From: Amphiscolops sp. MND2022
Taxonomy: Eukaryota
Direction of reading: 5' to 3'
DNA length: 64,000 nucleotides
NCBI GenBank assembly: GCA_964187785.1
Contig: OZ076409.1
Coordinates: 6,450,001-6,514,000 of the forward strand
A program made the position numbers and the translations under genes. The notes under the pieces were generated by a model. The model made no database searches, was not told the origin of the DNA, and worked only from the letters and a program-made list of their open reading frames with translations. Shown here piece by piece: positions 25,140-35,138 of the stretch; position 1 is the first letter of the stretch, and each line of letters opens with the position of its first letter.

Positions 25140-28100
25140 ATGGGACGACGCGAGACTAACGCCATCATTAGCGACTTCCATGCCACCAACCCTTTCGGAA
25201 GAAGAACGGAAACCACAACCGAACAAAACGAATGTAGATTAGATTCAGCCATAGCAGCCGTAATTTCAGAAGCTATGTCTGACTTCGTACCGAGCCAGGA
25301 ACAAAACGCGGAAATAGCCGCTGCCAATACCCAGCCTAACTCCTCGCGAGCCTCCCCCGATAGCACCAATCTACCGGATGATGCTGAGAACAACACGCAA
25401 AGAGACACACGGCCTCCGCTGGAAGTCACTGACTACAGCTTGGAAAACTGGCCAAACTCCAACCAAGGGCCCATCAGTGAGCTCAGCATTGTTGATACCC
25501 CCAACGAACAAAATGACACTCCAATGACTCCGCGGGCGGACTCAAGGATGGCACAAGTCGAAAGGAACCCCCTGGGTTCCCAGGAGATGATCAATAGCAT
25601 AGGCGGGAATCCCTTCCGAAGCGGATATGCGCTATCGGAAGCACCGGCCAAAACGTCGAACGGGCCAGCGGAAAACTCGAAGACGAACATAACAGAGAAT
25701 CCGTTAAGATATGTTTTTCGAACGCCACCCTCGGTGACACCAAAAATCAACTATGCGAATGCGAGTCGAACGTCTCACACACCAGACTCTCAAGCTAGCG
25801 CCGACACTAATCTCGACTCAACAATAACCAAAGCGAGAAAGGAAATGCAAACGGTTCGAGAAGACTTTCAGAGTAGTCTGGCACAGTTAGCTCAAGTCCA
25901 GACGAGGCTGGCGAGAGAAAACAACGAACATGAGATGCGCGCCGACATGATAATGAGGGACATGGACGAGCTACGAAAAGGTCTGTTGGAAATGCAAGCG
26001 GAAGGGCGACAAAATCAAGGTCGACTGGAAGCGTCAATGGCATCTCTCAATGATCTGATTAAACAGAGAGAAACTACAGCGGACGCTCGCATGGCCGAGA
26101 TGTCTGCAATAATGAGAGAAAGGGACCGCCAAGCAGATGAGCGCATGAAAGCAATGACTAACACGATGCAGCGTCGCGACATAGACTCCAATGTCCGCAT
26201 GGCGGACTTGATGATGGCAATGCAAGATCTGACATTGGGAGTGAAAGCAATCGTGTCGCAAACCCCCGCACAGCAAGCACAAACGGCGCCGCGGATTCCC
26301 CAAAAATATCAACAGACCGAAATACCATCTACAAGCGAAGCTCCCCAACCTCATTATAGAACGGTGGCACAACACACAGCAGAGCCTCCAAGGCCTCCAA
26401 AACTAATGCCACCCGCAACGTACAGGCGTGACCTGTCTAAAGCTAGCAAGATGGCTAAAGTGACCCACACGGAATCACGAGACGCAGGTACGGACCCAAT
26501 GACTGACCCGCCGTCGCTCGACCAATACGCTCGCGGAACGTCGACCTCCGACGATTTTCATTCCGCCGCCGACGAGACGAACGCCCGCAGGACCAGCTAC
26601 TATACGGCCGATTCAAGCGCAGCATTCCGCCCACCTGCGCGAACACAAACGTTCAGAGACTTCGTTCCGCGGCCAGTGGCCACCAGTACGCAGCGTAAAA
26701 TAACAAACAAGCGGAATTTAGAACAAGGCAAAGGCGAACACAGCGACATCGAAGAAATGCCCTCAATAGCAGAAGAGACTCCAGACACGCCGAGAACTAC
26801 CCAACGACAAGCACTAGCGGAAGCAATATCTACGGCCATGTCTAAAGGCTTAGAGCCGTTGCTCGCCGCCAAGGAATCCAAAAACAAGCCCACGAAATAT
26901 AGAGGAACCCGAGACGGAAACGCAGATGGATGGATGATGTTAATGAAACGCCATTTGGAAAAAGCACACCCTAAGGCAACCCCCCTCGATAAGGCGTGGA
27001 CAATAATCGAGTATCTAGAGCATGAAGCCAGGGATTACATCACGAATAAGTCCGAAGCAGAGAGGGACACTGACGAAAAAGTATTCGCATTGTTAGCGCG
27101 TCGCTTCGGGACAGGTTCCAGCAAAATCCATATCCAACAGCAATTTAGAACCCGCAACCAGAATAGCGAAGAAGACTACATGCAGTACCTTGATGCCCTC
27201 GAAGGCCTGCGTAGCCAAGGTTACCCCAATGAAGAGGTGACAGTTCGTCGATACGAAATCATGCAAAGATTCATTGAGGGAGTGCGCAACTTCGAACTAA
27301 AAAGAAACCTCGCGCTAATGTATGCACCGGAACAATACGTGGAAACCCCGCCAACTGTGGAAGCCCTCCGCTTCACAGTGCAACAATACTTACGCATGCG
27401 CGGCTCAACCCGTTCGGACAACTACCCAATGATGCCTCCCCCACAACAACAAGCCAATATCCAACAACCAAATCAGTCCCCAGTAGCACCCGCGCCTGCC
27501 CAAAAAGTGCTACAACAACAGCCTCCTCAACCAGCAGCATACCAACAACAACCAATGCCACCGGCAGCCTATCGACCGCAACCCCAAAGAGCGTGCTTCA
27601 ACTGCGGAGACCCATCGCATTTTGTGGTAGACTGCCCCCTGAAAGACCGTGCACGGAAGCCAGTACAACAGCAAGTGAACTCCTGTCACACGAACCCGAC
27701 GGGTAGTTGGATGTGCCCCTCCCAGCCACACGGCTTAAACTATGATGTGTTCCCAGCATCCCTACCAACCCAAGGCACAGTTGCCTTTTGCATTAATTGC
27801 GGCCGTACTGAACACTCGGCGTCAGAATGCATGGCCTCGGAGCAGATGGGTCACGAAGAACAAATCCGTGCAGCTTGGTATGCTCCTTCACCAAGTCAAT
27901 TCGATGGCCTGAGCCAAGACGACCAAGTCCGGGTAATATCAGTAGCGGAAGACGGAGGTCCCTCCCGACCTGTAGTAGTCACTTGTGGCGAGAAACAAGT
28001 ACTCACCACACTAGAGGCACCCGCCCCAGATTGCACAGAGACACTTATCTCGATACACTTGCTACTCTCGGCCGAACAGAAAACGCGACCCACGCTGACG

Positions 28101-31100
28101 CTCTCGCAACTAAAGGAGGAATTATGCAGAAACGTGAAGTATACCATCGCAGCGCGACCGCTCCCACATTTTGCGCGAGAAGACGAAACGAAACTGGCCC
28201 CAATACAGAAAGTTAAAACCGTTTCTCCGGTGCCGGTAGCCATTAACGTAGACGGTGTAGACATGAAATTTGATGCTATTGTAGTCTTAGAAGGCCACTT
28301 CCCTCAGGGATTGTATTTGGGCCGCCAGGAGTTACGATGTTATAACATCGGAGTGCAAGATGCCCAGGGGGAGGCTCGTATTGACGAACGGGCATCCCTG
28401 GTGGTTGCCTTTGGCAACACTATCCAGGAACCAATACCCTTGTACGGGATGATAGACACCGGTTCCGGTGTCTCCATTCTCTCCCTCAAAGCCTATCAAA
28501 AAATTGCATCACCTCACGCCTTGAGCCTCCTGCCGTATGACATCCAACTGTATGCCGCCAATGGTAAAACCATCAACACCATTGGAATCGCCGAAAATGT
28601 TAGCTTCCAGTTGGGCGGATATACCCTCCGAACCAATTTCATAGTCATTGCCGATCACCTAGGCGCGGAAGACTTCCTACTTGGCAGAAACTTCTTGCGC
28701 ACCTACAACGTTCTCGTGGACTTGACGGCCATGAGGGTCACTATACGAGACCCCAAAGCGCCACGCCACTTCAAACCCGTCCATGAGGTAAGTAATGATG
28801 AGCCATCCCTAGTGATATCCACCGAAAAAGTAGTTCTAGGCCCCTATGAGCGTAAGCTAGTACGAGCCCAAATTATTTCTCAAAAGCACAACGAGTACCT
28901 TTTCCGAAACGTAATGATTCGCCCCCAGGGGATATCTAAACGATCCCCCTATGTTTCAGAAGATACATTGACGTCTGTTGGAGATGAAGGCATTGTCTTC
29001 ATAGCCCTACGAAACACTACCCCCTCAGAAAACGTAACTATTCAAACCAAAACTGTCCTCGGTAAGGCAGAACCTACAAAATTTGTGTTGCAACCTGTGG
29101 CTGCCGACACGGCAACCGAAATTGATAAATCTTTGTTTGAACAAGTTAATAAAGTTTATACCGAAGAGTGGTTAAACGAAACGAGTTCAGAGTATAGTTC
29201 TTTTGCTCAAAACTTCTTGTCCTCTACTGAGATGTCTGAAGAAGGATTATCGGAAAGCGAAAAGCGTGCTAAGACTGACCCACAATTGCTAAAACCTATA
29301 CCAGGTCCAGACCTTTCTTCCGTCCTTTCTTCGTGGGGGGAGGGAGCGAGAGATCAACTAGCAAGCGTTCTGAGTGAGTACGATGACCTTTTTATGAAAC
29401 ATAAAGCCGACATAGGGAGGTGCAAAATAGCAAAACACCGCATAGAACTAGAGCCGGAAGCTATCCCGCACAGAGAAGGCGCTCGGCGCATGTCCCCGGA
29501 TAAGGCAGCAAAGGCTAATCAAGAGGTACGGAATCTACTGGCCCTTGGCCTAATTCAACCCTCCTATTCACCGTGGGCAAGCGGAATAGTCATGGTTAAA
29601 AAGAAAACAGGCGAACTTCGCTTCTGTTGTGACTTTCGACCGCTCAATGACGTAACGGTCAAGGACGCGTTCCCATTGCCCAGGATTGATGAAAGTCTAT
29701 CCCGGATAGGCAATGCGAAAATTTTCACAAGTATTGACCTAGCGTGGGCCTTCTGGCAGATACCGCTAAAGAAGCGCGATAGAAGGAAAACAGCATTTGC
29801 CTGCGAACTGGGATTGTTCGAATGGCGGCGCATGCCCTTTGGGCTATGCAATGCATCGGCCACATTTCAGCGCTCCATTACACGAGCCCTGCAACGAATC
29901 CAGCAGCGACACGGGAGTGTCGTCATGGCTTACATTGACGACATAGTTATCGCCACGGAAACCATAGAAGACCACATCGTACGAATCAAGGAAGTATTCG
30001 AGTGTCTCCGAGAGGCTGGATTCAAGATGCGCGCCGAGAAGTGTGATTTCATGCGCACGGAGACGAAGTACCTGGGGCGAGTGGTATCCTCGGAAGGCAT
30101 CAGACCAGACCCCGAAGCTATAGTTAAAATCCAAGAATGGATGCCCCCGAGAAACAAAGAGGAGCTTCAGAGCTTCCTAGGGTTTGCAAACTATTACAGA
30201 GACTTTGTACCGTTTCATGCAGCCAAAGTGCAACCCCTGCAAGAGTTGCTCAAGAAAAGTCAGCATTTCTACTGGGAAACGAAACACCAAGAAGCCTTCG
30301 ATGCAGTAAAGGAAGCACTAGCAAACGCGACCGCCTTGGCAGCCCCAAATGAAGACGGACGATTCGTGCTCGATACCGATGCTAGCGCAGTAGCGATAGC
30401 TGGAATCCTGCACCAGGAACAAGAACACAATGGGAAGACTATTTTGCGGCCAATAGTCTTCGGGAGCAAATCCCTAACGAAGACACAGCTGAACTATGGA
30501 GCACCCAAGTTGGAAATGTACGCAGTATTTTACTTCATCGAGAAATTCCACTCATATCTCGCAGGCCGAGAGTTCACGCTCCGTGTGGACAATCAGGCCC
30601 TGTCATGGCTTAAAACGTACTCCATGGACCAAGCCATGATAGGTCGCTGGATAGCCCGTCTAGATCAATACAACTTCAAGACGATCCACCGACCTCGCAC
30701 ACAGCATCGAAACGCGGACGGCCTCAGCAAACGAACCAACGACTATGTGCACCGGGAGAAAATCCTCGAGAAGTTACCGGAAGTGAGTGAAGGATTCAAC
30801 TTCATGACCAAAGAAGACTATGAAGCACTCCCCACCGTGCCATACTTTGACAAACACGGACGCCCAATACCAAACCACCCAGAGCTCCCGCCGGAAGCTC
30901 GAGCCCAACTCCCACTGCTGTATATCTTGGGAAAAAGACCCAAAACGAGCTTGCGAGAGCCCCCGGTGAATGGTGCCCCATGGTATCCTCAAATACAATG
31001 GGAGGCGACGCCTACCACAGATGAGGATCACCGACCCACTCACATCCTCAGCATCACGACCAAAGTGCCACCGGCACGCCTAGACACTGAAGAACCTGAT

Positions 31101-34100
31101 CCTGTGCTTGAAAAGATGCCACCCGAATGCCAAACACAAGCCAACGCCCTTAGAACAGTTGGGACAGAGCTGCATGAACACTTTCTGACCAGACGTGGCC
31201 TCAAGGACCTGCACCTAGCACAAAATAGAGATATGCATCTCCTAGCGCTGAAGAAACTCATGAACGGCGAACCATTGGAAGAAACGATGTTCCCCGAAGA
31301 CGTACAAGACTTCGCGCGACGCTACTTCCATCAAAAGAAAGACCTGCTCTTCCTGAACCCAGACGACATTCTCTGCGTCAACTACGTTCCGCAACAACGT
31401 GCGCTGCACGTGCGACCGTGTATGATAGTCATGCCACAACTATACCAGCACGAAATTCTGTATAGGGCACACGACGAATCGGGACATCAGGGCGTAGGGA
31501 AGGTGCTAGCGAGAGTACAAGAACGGCATACCTGGCCGGGCATCAAGCGTGACATAGTCAATCACATCAAGCACTGCTTGACCTGCCAGCAAACAAAACA
31601 CCCCGCCGGGAACCCCTGCTACCCCTTGCAGAACATCAACAGTAGCAATTTCAACGACCTAGTACAATTCGACCACCTCAAACTATGCAAAACCGAATCG
31701 GGAAACACCGGTCTCTTAGTCATGATAGACCACTTCACGAAATTTGCCGAGGCCATTCCGTGTGCCCACGACGAATATGATGCCCAAACCACAGCTAAAA
31801 TCATCCTTAATAAATGGTTTGCCAGGCACGGCACTCCAGCACGGATGCAATCCGACAATGCCACGAATTTCACAGCTGAAATCGCACAGGAGCTAATGAA
31901 AGCCTCGCAAGTCACTAAAGTGACATCCACTCCAGCGCATCCTCGAGGGAATGGACTCGTGGAAAGGCAGAACCGAACGTTACTCACACTGCTGAGAGTC
32001 TACACTTCTCGACGAATGCAGGATTGGGATGAGCATATTGATGGAATCCTCGGTGCGTACAATTCAACTAGACACGCAACCACTGGATTCTCTCCCTATA
32101 TGCTCCAACACGGAGCCAAGAAATCAATTCCCCTGTCATTCATCTACCCAGAATTTGCTGCCCGAGGATTCGATTCCAAAGAAGAATTCGTAGAACATCT
32201 TCTAGCCAGACAGCAAGAAATCCATGAACTCGTCAGAAGAAATACACACCAAGCACAGCTACGGCAGAAGCTGAAGTTTGACCGCCACCTGAAGGCCAAA
32301 GCGCATGCTGTAGGCGATGCGGTGTGGGTGTTCTGCCATATCATACCCAAGGGTGGCACCCGCAAGCTGATTCGCGCATGGCGCGGACCCCACAAGGTAA
32401 CCGACGTGTTGCAGGACGGACGATTATACGTACTAGACACTGGCCAAAAGGTCCACTACGAAAGATTGAAAAAGCATGTGCCTGCCCCTTGGGACTGGGC
32501 CGCACACCAGCCCTTTGGGCCGAATCAAAACGTAGCCATTATTGCTGATCCGTACGTAGAAGAAAGCAATGAAGAGATAGCGTCCGACATCTCCCAAGAC
32601 TCTTTCCTACCGGAACAACTCCCGGAAGCATCCTTCGAAATGGAGCCGACAGGATCGATTCCACCTCGTAGCATTCAGACTCGTACTCAAACGGCACTCG
32701 AACGAGGAATACCCCGGAGAAGATTCAGCCACTTCGGGTGCCCCTCTAACTCAGATTCCGAAAGAGAGGAAAATGAGCCGCCGATTCAGAGCCCACCACC
32801 GCCAGTAGTGTTCCCCGACTTAGACGACCTGGAACCACTGTACTCCGACCAGGAGGAAATTCAGCCAGCCGTACCTACGAGTCTGGTACCATCACCCTCA
32901 GGGACCTCAGCCCCCCTACTATCCAATCCGTCCCTAACAGACACCCTGAGTAACTTTCCCTTGTTTGGCCCCCAATTAGAGAACCTGATCGACCCGATAG
33001 AAAATAAACCAAAGTCAGAAACTGAGAATGAAGAAGAGACAACCCATCGCAGTCCAAGCCATTGCTCAACACAACCCGATACCACGAATCGTAGAGGACG
33101 GCCTCGAGGCCGACCACCAGGTAGAGGAAAACCCCGCGCTATACCATCTACTAGAACCACGACATCGTCGCGAACCCAAACCGCACGATCCAGAAGAGGC
33201 CCCAGGGCAAGAATGAGTACTCGTGCACCCCCTCGAAAACTAGACCGAGCGATGACTCTACCAGAAATACCCGAAAGCCAACAACCACCAGATGTCCAGG
33301 ACTCAGAACCAAGGCCACTATCGCGAACATCACGATATCAACTGCGAGCTAACAGAACACCACGTTACAAGTGTGGAACCTGTGGTTCCCGCAACTGTAG
33401 TTGCGTCAAGCATCTGACTCGCCATTCACCGGACAACCGATTGGCCCGGGGAGCAGTAGTCCCTGCCAGGGATCTCTTTATGGCTAGGACACATTGTCAC
33501 CCACAACATGAAATCTTAGCCGTGCAAGCCCAACGAGAAAAGGTGGAGACACCCCCGCTAGTGCACCATTTGATCATCACGGTAGAAAAAACTTTCACTA
33601 GTGTGGAACGAGAAGCGATACCACCGCTGGAAGAAACACTCAAAGCAATGCACGCGACATCTCCCTCCGACTGCCCGACTTACCGATTCAAAGAATGGAC
33701 ACCTCCCCATCGGGGCGGTCTAGAATTCACCCTACATGCCATCATACCGCCTTTGCCACCATCGATGACGTTCGGCGAGCTAGCAAAAGAGGATAGTAGC
33801 CCGGAGATGATTCGCTGTATCACTGCACACCAACTGTGGGAGAAATATCACATTGCCTCCCCGCCGGGAGACATATATCAGCCCACCAATGGATGGTGGC
33901 TACTTGTCACCTCTCTAGACGCAACGACATTGGTATCTCCAACAACTTTACTGATGTGCTTAGAAAGCTTACGTACGGTAACCGAACCTGAGAACACGCT
34001 TTGTTTCCACATGGCCGATATTTATCGTGGCAAGTTCCTAAGCCAACATTGGCTACAATTAATAGCGGTCGTCTTCTGCCGACAGGCGAAGATACACTTC

Positions 34101-34808
34101 CTGGATCGACAAGTTTATACACCAGAAAAACCCGTCACAGTTAGTGAAGCACTCTCGATAGTACACGATTGGTCATCTACAAACTTGGGAGATAGACCTC
34201 TACGCCGAACCGTCTGGGAAGACCGAAAAGCTATCTTGCAGCATTTGACACCCCGACCCACCGATGATCAGAGCAGAACCACCGGCAAATGGCTCATAAC
34301 CCAGCCTAAAACCAGACCGAATTACTTACCTTGGATAAGTTATGACGACACAGATATCCTGCAGGCACCTGGCACCGTAATATTATGCTGCCCTGCGGAT
34401 TTGTTCTCTTACTCGGCTACAATCCGTTACGTCATTCGCGAATACGGTCAAGAAAACATATTTCGTCTAAGACCATCAGTTGGCACCGCAATTCGCTTAA
34501 CCCGCTCGCCAACTGCACCCTGGAATAACGAAATCTTCCTTCTATGTACCAGAGCATCGAACAAGCATCCGCTCTTACATGAAGTACTACATGCGTGTTT
34601 GACGAATTTGATAACTCAGCTCCATCGAAACCACATTACCAGAATCCACTTGCCCATCTATGATCCTGAGCGATCGATGAACCTCCTCCCAGCCTGGTAC
34701 GCCACACTACGCGACCACTTTGCAGATCACAACATAACAATAGTTTTGCACGATCGCGTCTATGTCACAATAGCGTCGATTACCTCTGCCAACTTTGGCG
34801 GTAGTTAA
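25140..34808 (+). CDS. Gag-Pol polyprotein (3222 aa from first ATG) with extended C-terminal accessory region
   Basis: Uninterrupted ORF. Coiled coil and capsid-like region; CCHC knuckles 27594-27635 and 27789-27830; protease DTG at 28455; RT YIDD at 29931; RNase H DTDAS ~30372; integrase HxxxxH..CxxC with D,D(35)E (QFDH, SDN, VERQN); GPY/F-like WRGPH; macro-like domains at the C-terminus. Confidence 0.96.
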   Translation: MGRRETNAIISDFHATNPFGRRTETTTEQNECRLDSAIAAVISEAMSDFVPSQEQNAEIAAANTQPNSSRASPDSTNLPDDAENNTQRDTRPPLEVTDYSLENWPNSNQGPISELSIVDTPNEQNDTPMTPRADSRMAQVERNPLGSQEMINSIGGNPFRSGYALSEAPAKTSNGPAENSKTNITENPLRYVFRTPPSVTPKINYANASRTSHTPDSQASADTNLDSTITKARKEMQTVREDFQSSLAQLAQVQTRLARENNEHEMRADMIMRDMDELRKGLLEMQAEGRQNQGRLEASMASLNDLIKQRETTADARMAEMSAIMRERDRQADERMKAMTNTMQRRDIDSNVRMADLMMAMQDLTLGVKAIVSQTPAQQAQTAPRIPQKYQQTEIPSTSEAPQPHYRTVAQHTAEPPRPPKLMPPATYRRDLSKASKMAKVTHTESRDAGTDPMTDPPSLDQYARGTSTSDDFHSAADETNARRTSYYTADSSAAFRPPARTQTFRDFVPRPVATSTQRKITNKRNLEQGKGEHSDIEEMPSIAEETPDTPRTTQRQALAEAISTAMSKGLEPLLAAKESKNKPTKYRGTRDGNADGWMMLMKRHLEKAHPKATPLDKAWTIIEYLEHEARDYITNKSEAERDTDEKVFALLARRFGTGSSKIHIQQQFRTRNQNSEEDYMQYLDALEGLRSQGYPNEEVTVRRYEIMQRFIEGVRNFELKRNLALMYAPEQYVETPPTVEALRFTVQQYLRMRGSTRSDNYPMMPPPQQQANIQQPNQSPVAPAPAQKVLQQQPPQPAAYQQQPMPPAAYRPQPQRACFNCGDPSHFVVDCPLKDRARKPVQQQVNSCHTNPTGSWMCPSQPHGLNYDVFPASLPTQGTVAFCINCGRTEHSASECMASEQMGHEEQIRAAWYAPSPSQFDGLSQDDQVRVISVAEDGGPSRPVVVTCGEKQVLTTLEAPAPDCTETLISIHLLLSAEQKTRPTLTLSQLKEELCRNVKYTIAARPLPHFAREDETKLAPIQKVKTVSPVPVAINVDGVDMKFDAIVVLEGHFPQGLYLGRQELRCYNIGVQDAQGEARIDERASLVVAFGNTIQEPIPLYGMIDTGSGVSILSLKAYQKIASPHALSLLPYDIQLYAANGKTINTIGIAENVSFQLGGYTLRTNFIVIADHLGAEDFLLGRNFLRTYNVLVDLTAMRVTIRDPKAPRHFKPVHEVSNDEPSLVISTEKVVLGPYERKLVRAQIISQKHNEYLFRNVMIRPQGISKRSPYVSEDTLTSVGDEGIVFIALRNTTPSENVTIQTKTVLGKAEPTKFVLQPVAADTATEIDKSLFEQVNKVYTEEWLNETSSEYSSFAQNFLSSTEMSEEGLSESEKRAKTDPQLLKPIPGPDLSSVLSSWGEGARDQLASVLSEYDDLFMKHKADIGRCKIAKHRIELEPEAIPHREGARRMSPDKAAKANQEVRNLLALGLIQPSYSPWASGIVMVKKKTGELRFCCDFRPLNDVTVKDAFPLPRIDESLSRIGNAKIFTSIDLAWAFWQIPLKKRDRRKTAFACELGLFEWRRMPFGLCNASATFQRSITRALQRIQQRHGSVVMAYIDDIVIATETIEDHIVRIKEVFECLREAGFKMRAEKCDFMRTETKYLGRVVSSEGIRPDPEAIVKIQEWMPPRNKEELQSFLGFANYYRDFVPFHAAKVQPLQELLKKSQHFYWETKHQEAFDAVKEALANATALAAPNEDGRFVLDTDASAVAIAGILHQEQEHNGKTILRPIVFGSKSLTKTQLNYGAPKLEMYAVFYFIEKFHSYLAGREFTLRVDNQALSWLKTYSMDQAMIGRWIARLDQYNFKTIHRPRTQHRNADGLSKRTNDYVHREKILEKLPEVSEGFNFMTKEDYEALPTVPYFDKHGRPIPNHPELPPEARAQLPLLYILGKRPKTSLREPPVNGAPWYPQIQWEATPTTDEDHRPTHILSITTKVPPARLDTEEPDPVLEKMPPECQTQANALRTVGTELHEHFLTRRGLKDLHLAQNRDMHLLALKKLMNGEPLEETMFPEDVQDFARRYFHQKKDLLFLNPDDILCVNYVPQQRALHVRPCMIVMPQLYQHEILYRAHDESGHQGVGKVLARVQERHTWPGIKRDIVNHIKHCLTCQQTKHPAGNPCYPLQNINSSNFNDLVQFDHLKLCKTESGNTGLLVMIDHFTKFAEAIPCAHDEYDAQTTAKIILNKWFARHGTPARMQSDNATNFTAEIAQELMKASQVTKVTSTPAHPRGNGLVERQNRTLLTLLRVYTSRRMQDWDEHIDGILGAYNSTRHATTGFSPYMLQHGAKKSIPLSFIYPEFAARGFDSKEEFVEHLLARQQEIHELVRRNTHQAQLRQKLKFDRHLKAKAHAVGDAVWVFCHIIPKGGTRKLIRAWRGPHKVTDVLQDGRLYVLDTGQKVHYERLKKHVPAPWDWAAHQPFGPNQNVAIIADPYVEESNEEIASDISQDSFLPEQLPEASFEMEPTGSIPPRSIQTRTQTALERGIPRRRFSHFGCPSNSDSEREENEPPIQSPPPPVVFPDLDDLEPLYSDQEEIQPAVPTSLVPSPSGTSAPLLSNPSLTDTLSNFPLFGPQLENLIDPIENKPKSETENEEETTHRSPSHCSTQPDTTNRRGRPRGRPPGRGKPRAIPSTRTTTSSRTQTARSRRGPRARMSTRAPPRKLDRAMTLPEIPESQQPPDVQDSEPRPLSRTSRYQLRANRTPRYKCGTCGSRNCSCVKHLTRHSPDNRLARGAVVPARDLFMARTHCHPQHEILAVQAQREKVETPPLVHHLIITVEKTFTSVEREAIPPLEETLKAMHATSPSDCPTYRFKEWTPPHRGGLEFTLHAIIPPLPPSMTFGELAKEDSSPEMIRCITAHQLWEKYHIASPPGDIYQPTNGWWLLVTSLDATTLVSPTTLLMCLESLRTVTEPENTLCFHMADIYRGKFLSQHWLQLIAVVFCRQAKIHFLDRQVYTPEKPVTVSEALSIVHDWSSTNLGDRPLRRTVWEDRKAILQHLTPRPTDDQSRTTGKWLITQPKTRPNYLPWISYDDTDILQAPGTVILCCPADLFSYSATIRYVIREYGQENIFRLRPSVGTAIRLTRSPTAPWNNEIFLLCTRASNKHPLLHEVLHACLTNLITQLHRNHITRIHLPIYDPERSMNLLPAWYATLRDHFADHNITIVLHDRVYVTIASITSANFGGS

Positions 34809-35138
34809 GGGCATGACTCGCCCTCTACTTGGCATATCAGGCCACTGGCCTTTTGCACTGCCTTTAGTTAATTCGAAGCACTTTAAAATTTTAACAAAGC
34901 CGCGCCGACAAGCGCAAATTTTAGTACTAACCACTGTAACTTTTTAACCTTATGTTTGTGTGCTCGTCCTAAAAAGCTTAACTGCCCACCCGTCTATGTG
35001 ATGTCTTATCTCCAACTGTAACCTGTTTTTCAGTTTTGTCCTGTTGCCTCGCCTCTGCGCGGCCCCCATACTTATCACGCCAAATCAGTCTTGCCATCAC
35101 AATCTTCGGTGCTAAACATTCCTTTATCATCGTTTCCA

